This document shows, piece after piece, positions 10,976 to 23,156 of a stretch of DNA of 64,000 nucleotides. The number at the start of each line of letters is the position of its first letter. Position 1 is the first letter of the stretch. The notes beneath the pieces are model-generated. The model was not told the origin of the DNA. It was given only the letters and a program-made list of their open reading frames with translations, and made no database searches. Where the stretch lies: the NCBI GenBank assembly GCA_035519135.1, contig DATIWX010000044.1, positions 39,270 through 103,269 on the forward strand, read 5' to 3'. Source of the DNA: Burkholderiales bacterium (lineage in GTDB: Bacteria > Pseudomonadota > Gammaproteobacteria > Burkholderiales > SG8-39). The translations under genes and the position numbers were made by a program.

Positions 10976-12049
10976 CTATCGGCGTTCCGCCCACCACATC
11001 ATCAGCATCGCTGCCGTGAGGAAAAGCACGCTGGGCAGAACGGCGGCAAGAAAGGGCTGCCAGTTCTGAAGCAAGCCCAAGTGCGAGAAGAGGCTGTTCA
11101 GGAAGTGGAAGAAGACCCCCAGCATGATCCCGGCGAACACCTTCATCCCCAAGCCTCCCGCACGAACGTGAACGTAGGCAAAGGGCAGCGCGAGAGCCAT
11201 CATGACCAGAGACACGAACGGATACATGAGCTTCTTCCACATCGCGATCTCATAGCGCTCGGCCTTCTGCCTGTTCTCGGTCAAATGACGCGAGTACTGA
11301 TACAGGTTCCAGGCTGACATGCGGTCGGGCACGATGAACAAGACCGCGAGGATGTCCGGAGTGAGAACCGAGCCCCAGTCCATCTCCGCCACGCGCTGGA
11401 CGCTGCTCCCTCCTGAAGTGAAGACGGTGTTGACGATATCGCGCAGGCGCCACACGTTCTTCCCGAGATACTGCCCGTGTTTCGCGAAACTTATCGACTT
11501 CAGGCGATATTGATCGTCGAACTCGAATACCCGAATGTCGGACAAACTCGTGTCCGGCTGCACCTCGCGTACGTTGACGAACCTCCGCTCGTCCTTGACC
11601 CATAGGCCGGTGTGGAATTCGCTCGCCACTATCGAGCTCGTCGCCGAGAGCTTGAGCTGCTTCGCAGCCTTCTCTGAAATGGGGGCGATCAGCTCTCCGA
11701 ATATCAGCGTAGCGACCGCAAATACGACGCCTATGCGAAGCAGAGTGCTCATTGCGCGCAATGGTGCCAGCCCGGAAGTGCGCATCACGGTGTATTCCGA
11801 GTTGGAAGCGAGATGCGAGAGCGTATACAGCGTCCCGATCAGGACCGCCAATGGAAACAGCTCGTAGACATGGCTCGGAACAGTCAGCGCGACGTAGGCA
11901 AGAGCGTGCTGCAGTCGGTATCCGCCCTTGCCGAGATCGGTCAACTCCCCGATCAAGTCGAAAAAGGCGAACAAGGCGAGGAACGCGGCGAATACGAACA
12001 GTGTCGCCGCGTAAATCTCCCGCGCGAGATAGGTCCGCAAGGTATCCAT
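10976..12049 (-). CDS. lptG: LPS export ABC permease LptG
   Basis: YjgP/YjgQ architecture, SEYTVMRTSG; paired with lptF. Confidence 0.93.
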   Translation of the reverse strand: MDTLRTYLAREIYAATLFVFAAFLALFAFFDLIGELTDLGKGGYRLQHALAYVALTVPSHVYELFPLAVLIGTLYTLSHLASNSEYTVMRTSGLAPLRAMSTLLRIGVVFAVATLIFGELIAPISEKAAKQLKLSATSSIVASEFHTGLWVKDERRFVNVREVQPDTSLSDIRVFEFDDQYRLKSISFAKHGQYLGKNVWRLRDIVNTVFTSGGSSVQRVAEMDWGSVLTPDILAVLFIVPDRMSAWNLYQYSRHLTENRQKAERYEIAMWKKLMYPFVSLVMMALALPFAYVHVRAGGLGMKVFAGIMLGVFFHFLNSLFSHLGLLQNWQPFLAAVLPSVLFLTAAMLMMWWAERR

Positions 12050-12050
12050 G

Positions 12051-13130
12051 TCAGCGCCTTCTGCCCAGCAGCGAACCGACTCGGATGCGCCGGTAGAACA
12101 TGACCCCGAGAACCCCCAGCATGCCGGCGTGAACCACCCACCACCCGATGCCGAAGCCGACTCGGCCGGAAGAGACCCATGCCTGGACGATGCTGAGCAC
12201 GTTCGCGTAGACCATGTAAGTGAAAAGCGCGAACAGGAGGTTCACCGAGCGGCCGGCCCTCGGATTGACGAAGGACAGGGGAATCGCGAGCAGGGCCAGT
12301 ATGAGCGCGGAAATCGGCAAACCGACGCGCCAGAGCAATTCGGCCAGACGAGCGTTGGTCGGTGTCAGGATCAGTCCAAATGTCGACATGGCCTTGGTCG
12401 AGGTTTCTTCCGGCTGTGTTTCCCGCGGCTCGACTCTCATGGCGTAGCGCTCGAAATTCATGATCTTGAAATCGAGATTCCCGGGAACGCCTTCATAGTG
12501 ACGCCCGTCCAGGAGGACGACCATGCGATCTCCATTCGTGGCCGACTCCCGGTATCCACGCCTGCTGACAGTGATGCCCAGCTTGCCCTCTTTCATCTGG
12601 GCAATGAAAACGTTCTGCACGTTGGTCTCGTCGCCAGCGACTCCCTCCACGAAGAAGACCCGGTCAACCCCAGGGGCCTCGAGGAAGACTCCGGGTGCAA
12701 CGCGCGAGACTTCGTCTCTCACCTTCATCTGATGTCTGTACTCCTCGGCCTTGCTGATTGCCCAGGGCGACAGGAACAGCGACAGCACGGCAACAAGAGC
12801 GACCAGTGGTGCGGAGAACAAGAGTACCGGGCGTATCCATGAAAGAAGCGAGAGCCCTGAGCTGAACCAGATCACCATCTCCGATTCTCTGTAGCTGCGC
12901 GAGAGAGTCATCAGGATCGTGATAAACAGCGTCAACGAGAGGAGTATCGGCAGATAGTTGAGCGCGGAGAACGCCAACAGCGCGGCCACACCTGCGGAGA
13001 GGATGTTTCCGACAGCCGCCTGGCCAAGCAAACGTATCAGCTGCGTCGTCAGCGTGATGGCGAACAGGGCCGAAAAAACCGCGAGAGCGAGATTCCCGAA
13101 TTCACGCAGCAAGGCGCGCTGAAAAATCAT
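12051..13130 (-). CDS. lptF: LPS export ABC permease LptF
   Basis: RSYRESEMVIWFSSG, NPRAGRS; divergent from pepA. Confidence 0.93.
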   Translation of the reverse strand: MIFQRALLREFGNLALAVFSALFAITLTTQLIRLLGQAAVGNILSAGVAALLAFSALNYLPILLSLTLFITILMTLSRSYRESEMVIWFSSGLSLLSWIRPVLLFSAPLVALVAVLSLFLSPWAISKAEEYRHQMKVRDEVSRVAPGVFLEAPGVDRVFFVEGVAGDETNVQNVFIAQMKEGKLGITVSRRGYRESATNGDRMVVLLDGRHYEGVPGNLDFKIMNFERYAMRVEPRETQPEETSTKAMSTFGLILTPTNARLAELLWRVGLPISALILALLAIPLSFVNPRAGRSVNLLFALFTYMVYANVLSIVQAWVSSGRVGFGIGWWVVHAGMLGVLGVMFYRRIRVGSLLGRRR

Positions 13131-13242
13131 AGTTCCGGGGCGGCGAAGCAGCTCGAAAATGAGCCGAGAGACGGCGCGTCGCTTTGACTTCGGCGAAGCA
13201 AACCGGAGATAATCCTCACACTTTTGCCTGAGTCACGGCCGA

Positions 13243-14730
13243 ATGGAATTTAACACAAAAATCGCGGCACCGGAGAGGCAAGCGACCGCGTGCGTCGTCG
13301 CCGGCGTGTTCGAATCGCGCAAGCTCTCCTCCGCGGCCGCAGCGCTCGACAGGGCCGCGCGCGGCCAGTTGCGCGAGATACTCCGCTCCGGAGACATGGA
13401 CGGCAAAGCGGGGACCACGCGCATGTTGTATCACGTGCCCGGCGTCGCCGCGCAGCGCGTCCTTCTCGTAGGACTCGGCAACGAGAAGGCGTTCGGCGAG
13501 AAACAGTATCGGGACTGCGCGCGCGCCGCGCTCTCGGCGATTCGCGACACCGGGACCAGCGATGTTTGCCTCTATCTTTCCGAGCTGCAGGTGACTGGCC
13601 GCGATTCCGCATGGAAGGCGCGCCAGCTCGTGCTTGCTGCGGCCGACGTAGCCTATCGCTTCGATCAAATGAAGAGCAAGAAGGCGGAAGGGCGCGCGCT
13701 TGCCCGGGTGTCCGTCGCGGCGTCACAGAAGCACGACGCTCCCGCTCTGCAGCGCGGCGTGGCCGAGGGAAGCGCCATCGCAGCCGGGATGTCTCTCACC
13801 CGGGATCTCGGAAACCTTCCCGGGAACGTGTGCACTCCCGCATACCTCGCGGAAAGCGCCGCGAGGCTCGGGCGCGAATGGAAGCTGGCGGTCGAAGTGC
13901 TCGAGAAAAGAGACATGGAAAAGCTCGGCATGGGCTCCCTGCTGTCTGTGACGAAGGGATCGCATCAGCCCCCCAAGTTCGTGATCCTGCGCTACTGGGG
14001 CACGGGCAAGAAGGAGCGACCCGTCGTGCTCGTGGGAAAGGGGATCACGTTCGATACCGGCGGTATTTCCCTGAAGCCGGCAGCCGAAATGGACGAGATG
14101 AAGTTCGACATGTGCGGCGCCGCGAGCGTTCTGGGAACGCTGCGCGCGGTGGCCGAGCTCAGGCTCAAGCTCAACGTGGTCGGGCTGGTGCCGACGTGCG
14201 AGAACATGCCCGGGGGCGCGGCCACCAAGCCGGGGGATGTCGTAACCAGCATGTCGGGCCAGACCGTCGAGATCCTCAACACGGATGCCGAGGGGCGCCT
14301 CATCCTGGCCGACGCGCTGAGCTACGCCGAGCGCTTCGAGCCTCAGGCGGTGGTCGATATCGCCACGCTCACCGGTGCCTGCGTCATCGCGCTCGGTCAT
14401 GTGTGCTCGGGTTTGTTCGCCAACAGAGACAAGCTCGCCCAGGAGCTGCAATCGGCAGGAGCGGAGTCGTGGGACCGCGTATGGCAGCTGCCGCTATGGG
14501 ACGACTACCAGGAGCAGCTCAAGAGCAACTTCGCCGATTTCGCGAACATCGGCGGGCGCCCCGCAGGCAGCGTCACGGCTGCGTGTTTTCTGTCGAAGTT
14601 CACCCGCAAGTACGACTGGGCGCACCTGGACATCGCCGGGACGGCGTGGAGGTCGGGCAAGGAAAAGGGTGCGACGGGCAGACCCGTTCCTCTGCTGACG
14701 ACTTTCCTCATGAAGCGCGCCAAGGGATAA
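13243..14730 (+). CDS. pepA: Leucyl aminopeptidase (M17)
   Basis: [31 protein letters not shown]. Confidence 0.97.
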   Translation: MEFNTKIAAPERQATACVVAGVFESRKLSSAAAALDRAARGQLREILRSGDMDGKAGTTRMLYHVPGVAAQRVLLVGLGNEKAFGEKQYRDCARAALSAIRDTGTSDVCLYLSELQVTGRDSAWKARQLVLAAADVAYRFDQMKSKKAEGRALARVSVAASQKHDAPALQRGVAEGSAIAAGMSLTRDLGNLPGNVCTPAYLAESAARLGREWKLAVEVLEKRDMEKLGMGSLLSVTKGSHQPPKFVILRYWGTGKKERPVVLVGKGITFDTGGISLKPAAEMDEMKFDMCGAASVLGTLRAVAELRLKLNVVGLVPTCENMPGGAATKPGDVVTSMSGQTVEILNTDAEGRLILADALSYAERFEPQAVVDIATLTGACVIALGHVCSGLFANRDKLAQELQSAGAESWDRVWQLPLWDDYQEQLKSNFADFANIGGRPAGSVTAACFLSKFTRKYDWAHLDIAGTAWRSGKEKGATGRPVPLLTTFLMKRAKG

Positions 14731-14783
14731 GCTCAGGGAGAAGGCTATATATCCACCGTGTCCCCGGCACCAGCCCATTGCTC

Positions 14784-15212
14784 ATGACGCGCATCGACTT
14801 CTATTCCAACGCGGAATCCAAGCTTCAGGTCGCCTGCCAGGTCGTCGCCAAGGCGGTCCGCGAGCAAATGCCGGTCCTGGTCTACGCGCCTGACCAGAAC
14901 ACGGCTCGCAGCTTCGACAAGCTGCTGTGGACTTATCAGGCGATTGGTTTCGTACCCCATTGTCTCGCCGGCGACGCGCTCGCCGCAGAGACCCCGGTGG
15001 TCATCGCGTTCGATGACTCCGAGGCCGCCCACCACCGAGTCATCCTCAATCTTCACCTGGAGTCGCCGCCGGCCTTCAGCCGTTTCGAAAGGCTGGTCGA
15101 GATCGTCGGCATGGACGACGACGATCGGCAGCGCGCCCGCAGCCGCTTCCGCTTCTACCGCGACCGCGGCTACGAGATACACCATCACGACCTGGCGAAA
15201 TCGACCCCATGA
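14784..15212 (+). CDS. holC: DNA polymerase III chi subunit
   Basis: MTRIDFY, DKLLWT, FVPH, RFERLVEIV, ARSRFRFYRDRGY; real start lies inside the longer ORF 13290-15212. Confidence 0.92.
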   Translation: MTRIDFYSNAESKLQVACQVVAKAVREQMPVLVYAPDQNTARSFDKLLWTYQAIGFVPHCLAGDALAAETPVVIAFDDSEAAHHRVILNLHLESPPAFSRFERLVEIVGMDDDDRQRARSRFRFYRDRGYEIHHHDLAKSTP

Positions 15213-15619
15213 GCGAGCCGGAAGACCTGCTGGGAAAGGCCGATGCGTTCCTCAAGCGCTACCACCCGTCGAGCGCCCCAGGCAGGCACGACGTTCCGGT
15301 TCTCACCGAGGTCATCGAGGAAGGCCGTGAAGCCCCACCGGGTCCGCCTGCGGCGGCAGCCCAGAATGCCGCAACCAGGCCCGATGTTGCAGAGATGGAG
15401 CAAAGACTGAAGCAGAGCATCCTCGATGCCGTCGCGTCGTACGTAACAAAATCGGTCGAGGAGCCCCTCAGGGCGCACCTGGAGGCTCACCTTCAGACCG
15501 CGCTCGCCGCCCTCAGCGCCCAGCTCAAGTCCGATCTGGAAACGCTCATCCGCGAGACCGTCGCCCGCGCCGTCGCCGCAGAGATCACTCGCCTGCGGGG
15601 ACCTTCGCGGGGCAGCTGA
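15209..15619 (+). CDS. Hypothetical helical protein
   Basis: ATGA coupling to holC; VPVLTEVI motif; fills holC-valS gap. Confidence 0.7.
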   Translation: MSEPEDLLGKADAFLKRYHPSSAPGRHDVPVLTEVIEEGREAPPGPPAAAAQNAATRPDVAEMEQRLKQSILDAVASYVTKSVEEPLRAHLEAHLQTALAALSAQLKSDLETLIRETVARAVAAEITRLRGPSRGS

Positions 15620-15636
15620 AGCTATAATCCCTCAGA

Positions 15637-15684
15637 GCGCGTCGAACCGGGCTCCTGCAGTGAGCACCGCTCGGCGCGTTTTTT
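15637..15684 (+). terminator. Hairpin plus U-tract upstream of valS
   Basis: GCGCGTCGA (15637-45) pairs with TCGGCGCGT (15671-79), followed by T-run to 15684. Confidence 0.45.
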
Positions 15685-15698
15685 CGTTCTGACCGCAA

Positions 15699-18482
<2,784 letters not shown>

Positions 18483-18500
18483 GGGCTCGGCCGCTCTCCC

Positions 18501-19751
18501 GTGATCCCCGCGCTGCGAGCCTTTCGCTCCACGAACTTTCGCATCTTCTACGCCGGGCAGGGGCTGGCCCTGCTCGGAAACTGGATGCAGAGCGTGGCGA
18601 TGAGCTGGCTCGTGTATCGCGTGACCGGCTCGGCGCTGCTGCTCGGCGTCACCGCCGGCGCGCAGCAGCTGCCGGTGCTGTTTCTTTCGCCGATCGCAGG
18701 CGTCTGGGCCGACCGCGTCAACCGCCGCCGCCTGCTGGTGATGATCCAGTCGCTCGCCTTCGCGCAGGCCCTGACGCTCGCCGCGCTCACTTTCGCCGAC
18801 GTGGTCCGCGTCCCCTTCTTGATCGGCCTCGCTCTGCTCCTAGGCATCATCACCGCGTTCGAGACGCCAACGAGACAGGCCTTTCTCCTGGAGCTGATCG
18901 ACCACCGGGAAGACCTGCCGAATGCCATCGCGCTCCAGTCGATGCTGTTTCAGGCGGCGCGCTTCGTCGGACCCTCCGTCGCCGGATTGGTGCTAGCCCT
19001 GCTCGGCGAGGCGTGGTGCTTCCTGGCCAACGCTCTCTTCTATCTCGCCATCATCGGAACCTACGCTGCGGTGCGCGTGAAGCCGCGCGAACCGCCCCGG
19101 ACCGGGGTGGAGTGGTGGCGCCAGCTCGCCTCCGGATTCGCCTACGCGTTCGGGTTCACCGGAACCCGGCGCCTGCTCCTGCTGCTCATGATGGTTGGGC
19201 TCTTCTCCGCGCCCTGGCAATCGCTGATGCCGATTTTCGCTGCAGAGACCTTCAGCGGCGACTCGCGGACGTTCGGCTTTCTGATCGGCGCGGTGGGCCT
19301 GGGAGCGGTAACGGGCACCTTCGTGCTTGCGGCGCGCAGCTCGGTGCGGGGCCTTGGCCGGGTTGTCGCTTCGACGACCGTGACGGCCGGTGCGGCGCTG
19401 ATCGGCTTTTCCCTTTCGGAAACGCTATGGTTGTCGCTCGCTTTTCTCGCCCTTTTCGGGGCCGGGCTGGTCGTCACCGCGGCTTCGATCAACACGATCC
19501 TGCAGACGCTCGCGGAAGAGGACAAGCGAGCGAGGATCATCAGCATGTACGTCATGTGCTTCCTCGGGTTCGCGCCCATCGGCAATTTCATCGCGGGCGC
19601 GCTCGCGGAGTCTATCGGGGTCCACTGGACCCTGTTCTCATGCGGCGTCGTCGTCGCCGCGGCCGGGAGCGTATTCGCTCTGCGCTTGAAGAGCTGGGCG
19701 AGCGCCGTAAGGCCGGTCTACCTCAAGCAGGGGATCATCCGCGATCGCTAG
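18501..19751 (+). CDS. MFS transporter
   Basis: About 12 hydrophobic segments; motif A GVWADRVNRRR. Confidence 0.9.
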   Translation: MIPALRAFRSTNFRIFYAGQGLALLGNWMQSVAMSWLVYRVTGSALLLGVTAGAQQLPVLFLSPIAGVWADRVNRRRLLVMIQSLAFAQALTLAALTFADVVRVPFLIGLALLLGIITAFETPTRQAFLLELIDHREDLPNAIALQSMLFQAARFVGPSVAGLVLALLGEAWCFLANALFYLAIIGTYAAVRVKPREPPRTGVEWWRQLASGFAYAFGFTGTRRLLLLLMMVGLFSAPWQSLMPIFAAETFSGDSRTFGFLIGAVGLGAVTGTFVLAARSSVRGLGRVVASTTVTAGAALIGFSLSETLWLSLAFLALFGAGLVVTAASINTILQTLAEEDKRARIISMYVMCFLGFAPIGNFIAGALAESIGVHWTLFSCGVVVAAAGSVFALRLKSWASAVRPVYLKQGIIRDR

Positions 19752-19759
19752 GCGCGAGC

Positions 19760-19990
19760 TCACTTCTTCTTCATGAAGAAGGTGAAGACCTTGTCTGCCT
19801 CGGTATGAGAGAGCAGTTCGTTCCCGGTCTGCTTGGCGAAAGCCTGGAAATCCTTGACCGCCCCGGGATCGGTGGCCAGGACACGCAGCACCTGCCCGCT
19901 CTTGATGTCGGCCAGAGCCTTCTTGGCGCGAAGGATCGGAAGCGGGCAATTGAGTCCTCGTACGTCCAGGTCCTTGTCGAAGGTCGTCAT
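19760..19990 (-). CDS. TusA/SirA family sulfur carrier
   Basis: LDVRGLNCPLP and TDPGA..DF motifs, 76 aa. Confidence 0.93.
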   Translation of the reverse strand: MTTFDKDLDVRGLNCPLPILRAKKALADIKSGQVLRVLATDPGAVKDFQAFAKQTGNELLSHTEADKVFTFFMKKK

Positions 19991-20145
19991 CGTCGTCCGA
20001 TTGCGCTCAAAGGGCGAAGACTATACCAAACCGCCCGCCCGTTGAAGCGGGACCGGCGCTGGGGCGTGCCCCGGACGCGGCCGGGTTGCTGAATCGGATT
20101 TCGGTACTTAAACTGGGACGCCGCCAGCAAGTTACTGGAGCAGCT

Positions 20146-21132
20146 TTGGCCAAAGAAACACCACAACCTGATTCGCAATGGCTGGTCTTTGTCGCCAGCC
20201 TTCCCATGGACGATCCCGCCTCCAGGATGCGGGTACTGCGCACGCTGGAGGCGATGGGTTGCGCGCTGCTGCGCGAGGGCGTGTATCTGCTGCCTGACAA
20301 GCCGGTCAACCGTCAGGGACTGCAGCGATTGTCCGAGCACACCCTTCGCATCAGCGGCTCGGCCCACGTCCTGCATGTGACCAGCGCTGACGCCGAGCAG
20401 GGACGATCATTCAAGTCGCTTTTCGACCGCGCGGCGAAATACGAGGAGCTGATCAAGGTGATCGAAGGGCTGCGAGCAGGGTTCGGCATTTCCGAGCCAA
20501 GCGCGATCGCCCGGGTGCTCAACAAGCAGCGCCGCGAATTCGAGGCTATCAGCGCCTTGGATTTCTTCGATTCACCCTTGAAGGAGCAAGCCGCGCGCGT
20601 GCTGCGAGAGACCGAGGCCGAGGTACGCAAGAGAATGTTCCCCGACGCGGCCAAGTCGGGCGGACGCCTGACCCAGACCGGGCGGTACTATTTCAAGCGG
20701 GTCTGGGCGTCACGCAAGCCTCTTCTGGCCGACCGGCTCGCGTCGGGGTGGCTGATACGGCGGTTCATCGACCCGGAGGCAGTGCTCATGTGGCTGGACA
20801 AGACCCAGCCGTGCCCCTCGACTGCGGTCGGGTTCGGTTTCGAGGGCGCGACCTTTTCCAACAGCAGGGACAAGGTGACGTTTCAGGAGTTGCTTGTGCG
20901 TTTCAGCCTGGACGGCAACGAAACGCTCGCCAGGATCGGCGCGCTGGTGCACTACCTCGACGCCGGGGGCGCCGCGCCCGTCGCCGAGGCGGCGGGCGTC
21001 GAAACTCTGCTCCAGGGCGCGCGCCGCCGCTGCGGCAGCGACGAGGAGCTGTTCACCGAGACAGAAAAGACATTCGACCTGCTGTACGAGGCTTACTTCG
21101 AAGGCCCAGCAAAAGACTCGCCCTCTCGCTAG
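20146..21132 (+). CDS. ChrB-like (chromate resistance protein family) regulator
   Basis: N-terminal WLVFVASLP...RMRVLRTL...LREGVYLLP; C-terminal W.SR....DRLASGWLIRRFIDPEA, EAAG; TTG 20146 after GGAG preferred start. Confidence 0.8.
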   Translation: MAKETPQPDSQWLVFVASLPMDDPASRMRVLRTLEAMGCALLREGVYLLPDKPVNRQGLQRLSEHTLRISGSAHVLHVTSADAEQGRSFKSLFDRAAKYEELIKVIEGLRAGFGISEPSAIARVLNKQRREFEAISALDFFDSPLKEQAARVLRETEAEVRKRMFPDAAKSGGRLTQTGRYYFKRVWASRKPLLADRLASGWLIRRFIDPEAVLMWLDKTQPCPSTAVGFGFEGATFSNSRDKVTFQELLVRFSLDGNETLARIGALVHYLDAGGAAPVAEAAGVETLLQGARRRCGSDEELFTETEKTFDLLYEAYFEGPAKDSPSR

Positions 21133-22556
21133 CGAGCCCTTTTCTCCTCGGCTTGCAGCGAGCGCAGATCCCGCAGACGGGCCTCGACTGCCGACAACTG
21201 GTAGAAGTCGCCGTCGCCGCTCTTTTGAGCGAGCTGGAGCTGCTCGATCGCAGCCGGCAAAGTTCCCTGCAGGATGTAGGTTTCGGCAAGCGCTTGATGG
21301 TGCAACAGGCGCTTGCCCGATGCCGCGTAGGACTTGGCCTGGAGGCCGTATAGCCTGGCGTCGCGCGGATAGCTTTTCACGAGATCGGAAAGCCAGGCGA
21401 GCGCCGCCGCATGCTGGCCCATGCCCTGCAACACGTCGACGTAGGCGTAGTGAAGGGGACGATAGTTGGGAAATCGCGACAGAGCCGCACGAAGCACGTC
21501 CCCTGCTCCAGGCGCATCGCCCGCGCCGAGACGAATGCGCGCCAGCAGCAGAGCCACCATGGGATGGGGCCCCAGAAGCTTTTGCGCGGCTTCGGCCTCG
21601 GTCGCGGCTCGGCGATAGTCCTGCGAGCGCGCCAGGGCATTGGCGAAGCCGTAGTGTGCCGCGGCTTCGTTGGCATAGCGATGCTCGCGCACCTGCTCGT
21701 CGAAGTGCGCCACGGCCTCGCGCGGCGTGCCCTGCCCGGCGACGAGCCTGGCGCGGACAAGGTAGAACTCGACGCTGTCGGGCGACTGCTTGTAGACGGC
21801 ATTCTGGGCGCGGTTTTGCATGTCGGCGATTCGCTCGCTGGTGAGCGGGTGGGTTCTCAGGTAGGCCGGGGCGTTGTTCTCGTACAGCCGCGTCGCCTTC
21901 TGCATGCGTTCGAAGAACGTGCCCATGGCACTGACGTCGAAGCCGGCCTGCTGAAGATACTGAAAGCCGACGCGGTCGGCTTCCCGCTCGAAATCGCGCG
22001 TGTAGTTGATCTGCGATTGCACGCTGGCCGCGCCGGCCCCCGTTATGACCGCCTGGGTTACGTCCGGGCGGGACCGCGCGGCGAGCAGCCCCAGAACAAC
22101 CGCTGCGAGCACGGGGATCGACATCTGTTCCTGCTTTCCCAGCAATCGCGCGAGGTGGTGCTGGGTCACGTGGGCCACCTCGTGGGACAGCACGCTGGCG
22201 AATTCCGATTCGGTTTGCGCGGCGAGCAGCAGTCCCGTGTGCACTCCGACGAATCCTCCCGGCATGGCGAAGGCGTTGATGGTGTTGTCGCGAACCAGAA
22301 AGAACTCGAAGTCCTGCTGTGCGTCGGCTGTCGCCATCACGACGCGCCGCCCGACCTCGTTCACGTACTCAGTGAGCTCGGGATCGTCGAGGTAGGTCGG
22401 ATCGCGGCGAATTTCACGTATCGCCTGCTCTCCGATCTTGCGCTCGATGGCGGGCGAAAGGAGTCCGCCGGACGTGTCACCCAGCTCCGGAAGCGCCTGC
22501 CCGGTCGCTCGAGGGACAAGCAGAATCAGGCTCAGGCAGGTTGCCGCTATTCTCAT
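21129..22556 (-). CDS. M48 metalloprotease with TPRs (BepA/YfgC-like)
   Basis: Signal peptide, INAFAMPGG, HEVAH, EREADR, YLRTHP, TPR C-terminus. Confidence 0.92.
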   Translation of the reverse strand: MRIAATCLSLILLVPRATGQALPELGDTSGGLLSPAIERKIGEQAIREIRRDPTYLDDPELTEYVNEVGRRVVMATADAQQDFEFFLVRDNTINAFAMPGGFVGVHTGLLLAAQTESEFASVLSHEVAHVTQHHLARLLGKQEQMSIPVLAAVVLGLLAARSRPDVTQAVITGAGAASVQSQINYTRDFEREADRVGFQYLQQAGFDVSAMGTFFERMQKATRLYENNAPAYLRTHPLTSERIADMQNRAQNAVYKQSPDSVEFYLVRARLVAGQGTPREAVAHFDEQVREHRYANEAAAHYGFANALARSQDYRRAATEAEAAQKLLGPHPMVALLLARIRLGAGDAPGAGDVLRAALSRFPNYRPLHYAYVDVLQGMGQHAAALAWLSDLVKSYPRDARLYGLQAKSYAASGKRLLHHQALAETYILQGTLPAAIEQLQLAQKSGDGDFYQLSAVEARLRDLRSLQAEEKRAR

Positions 22557-22634
22557 GGATAATATGATACCGCTGCGCGGCAGTGGTTCCCTTGGGGAAC
22601 CGTCCGCTCGGCGCGTGTTTCAAGGGGCAGGAGA

Positions 22635-23123
22635 ATGAGTCGTCCTGGAAAATTCACTCACTTCGACGCGTCGGGCCAGGCCCATATGGTGGATGTGGGA
22701 GGGAAGCCGGAGACGCGACGCGTCGCACGAGCGAGCGGCACGATCGGCATGTCCCTCGAAACTCTGAAGCTCATCCTCGCGGGCGGTGCCAAGAAGGGCG
22801 ACGTTCTCGGCGTCGCACGCGTCGCGGCCATCCAGGGAGCCAAACGAGCTGGCGAATTGATCCCCCTGTGCCATCCGCTCAACCTCACGCGCATCGCCGC
22901 CGAATTCGCCGTGGACAAGCGCGCCTCGACGGTCCGGCTCGTCGTCACGGTGGAAACGCTGGGCCGGACCGGGGTGGAGATGGAAGCGCTGACTGCGGTC
23001 AGCGTGGGCCTGCTGACGATCTACGACATGTGCAAGGCCGTGGACCGCGCGATGACCATCGGGGAGATCAGGCTGCTCGAGAAATCCGGCGGACGGTCTG
23101 GGCACTATCGGCGCATGGACTAG
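22635..23123 (+). CDS. moaC: Cyclic pyranopterin monophosphate synthase
   Basis: [32 protein letters not shown]. Confidence 0.97.
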   Translation: MSRPGKFTHFDASGQAHMVDVGGKPETRRVARASGTIGMSLETLKLILAGGAKKGDVLGVARVAAIQGAKRAGELIPLCHPLNLTRIAAEFAVDKRASTVRLVVTVETLGRTGVEMEALTAVSVGLLTIYDMCKAVDRAMTIGEIRLLEKSGGRSGHYRRMD

Positions 23124-23156
23124 TCAGGCCGGCCTCCCGCCAAGCTACGATCGACT

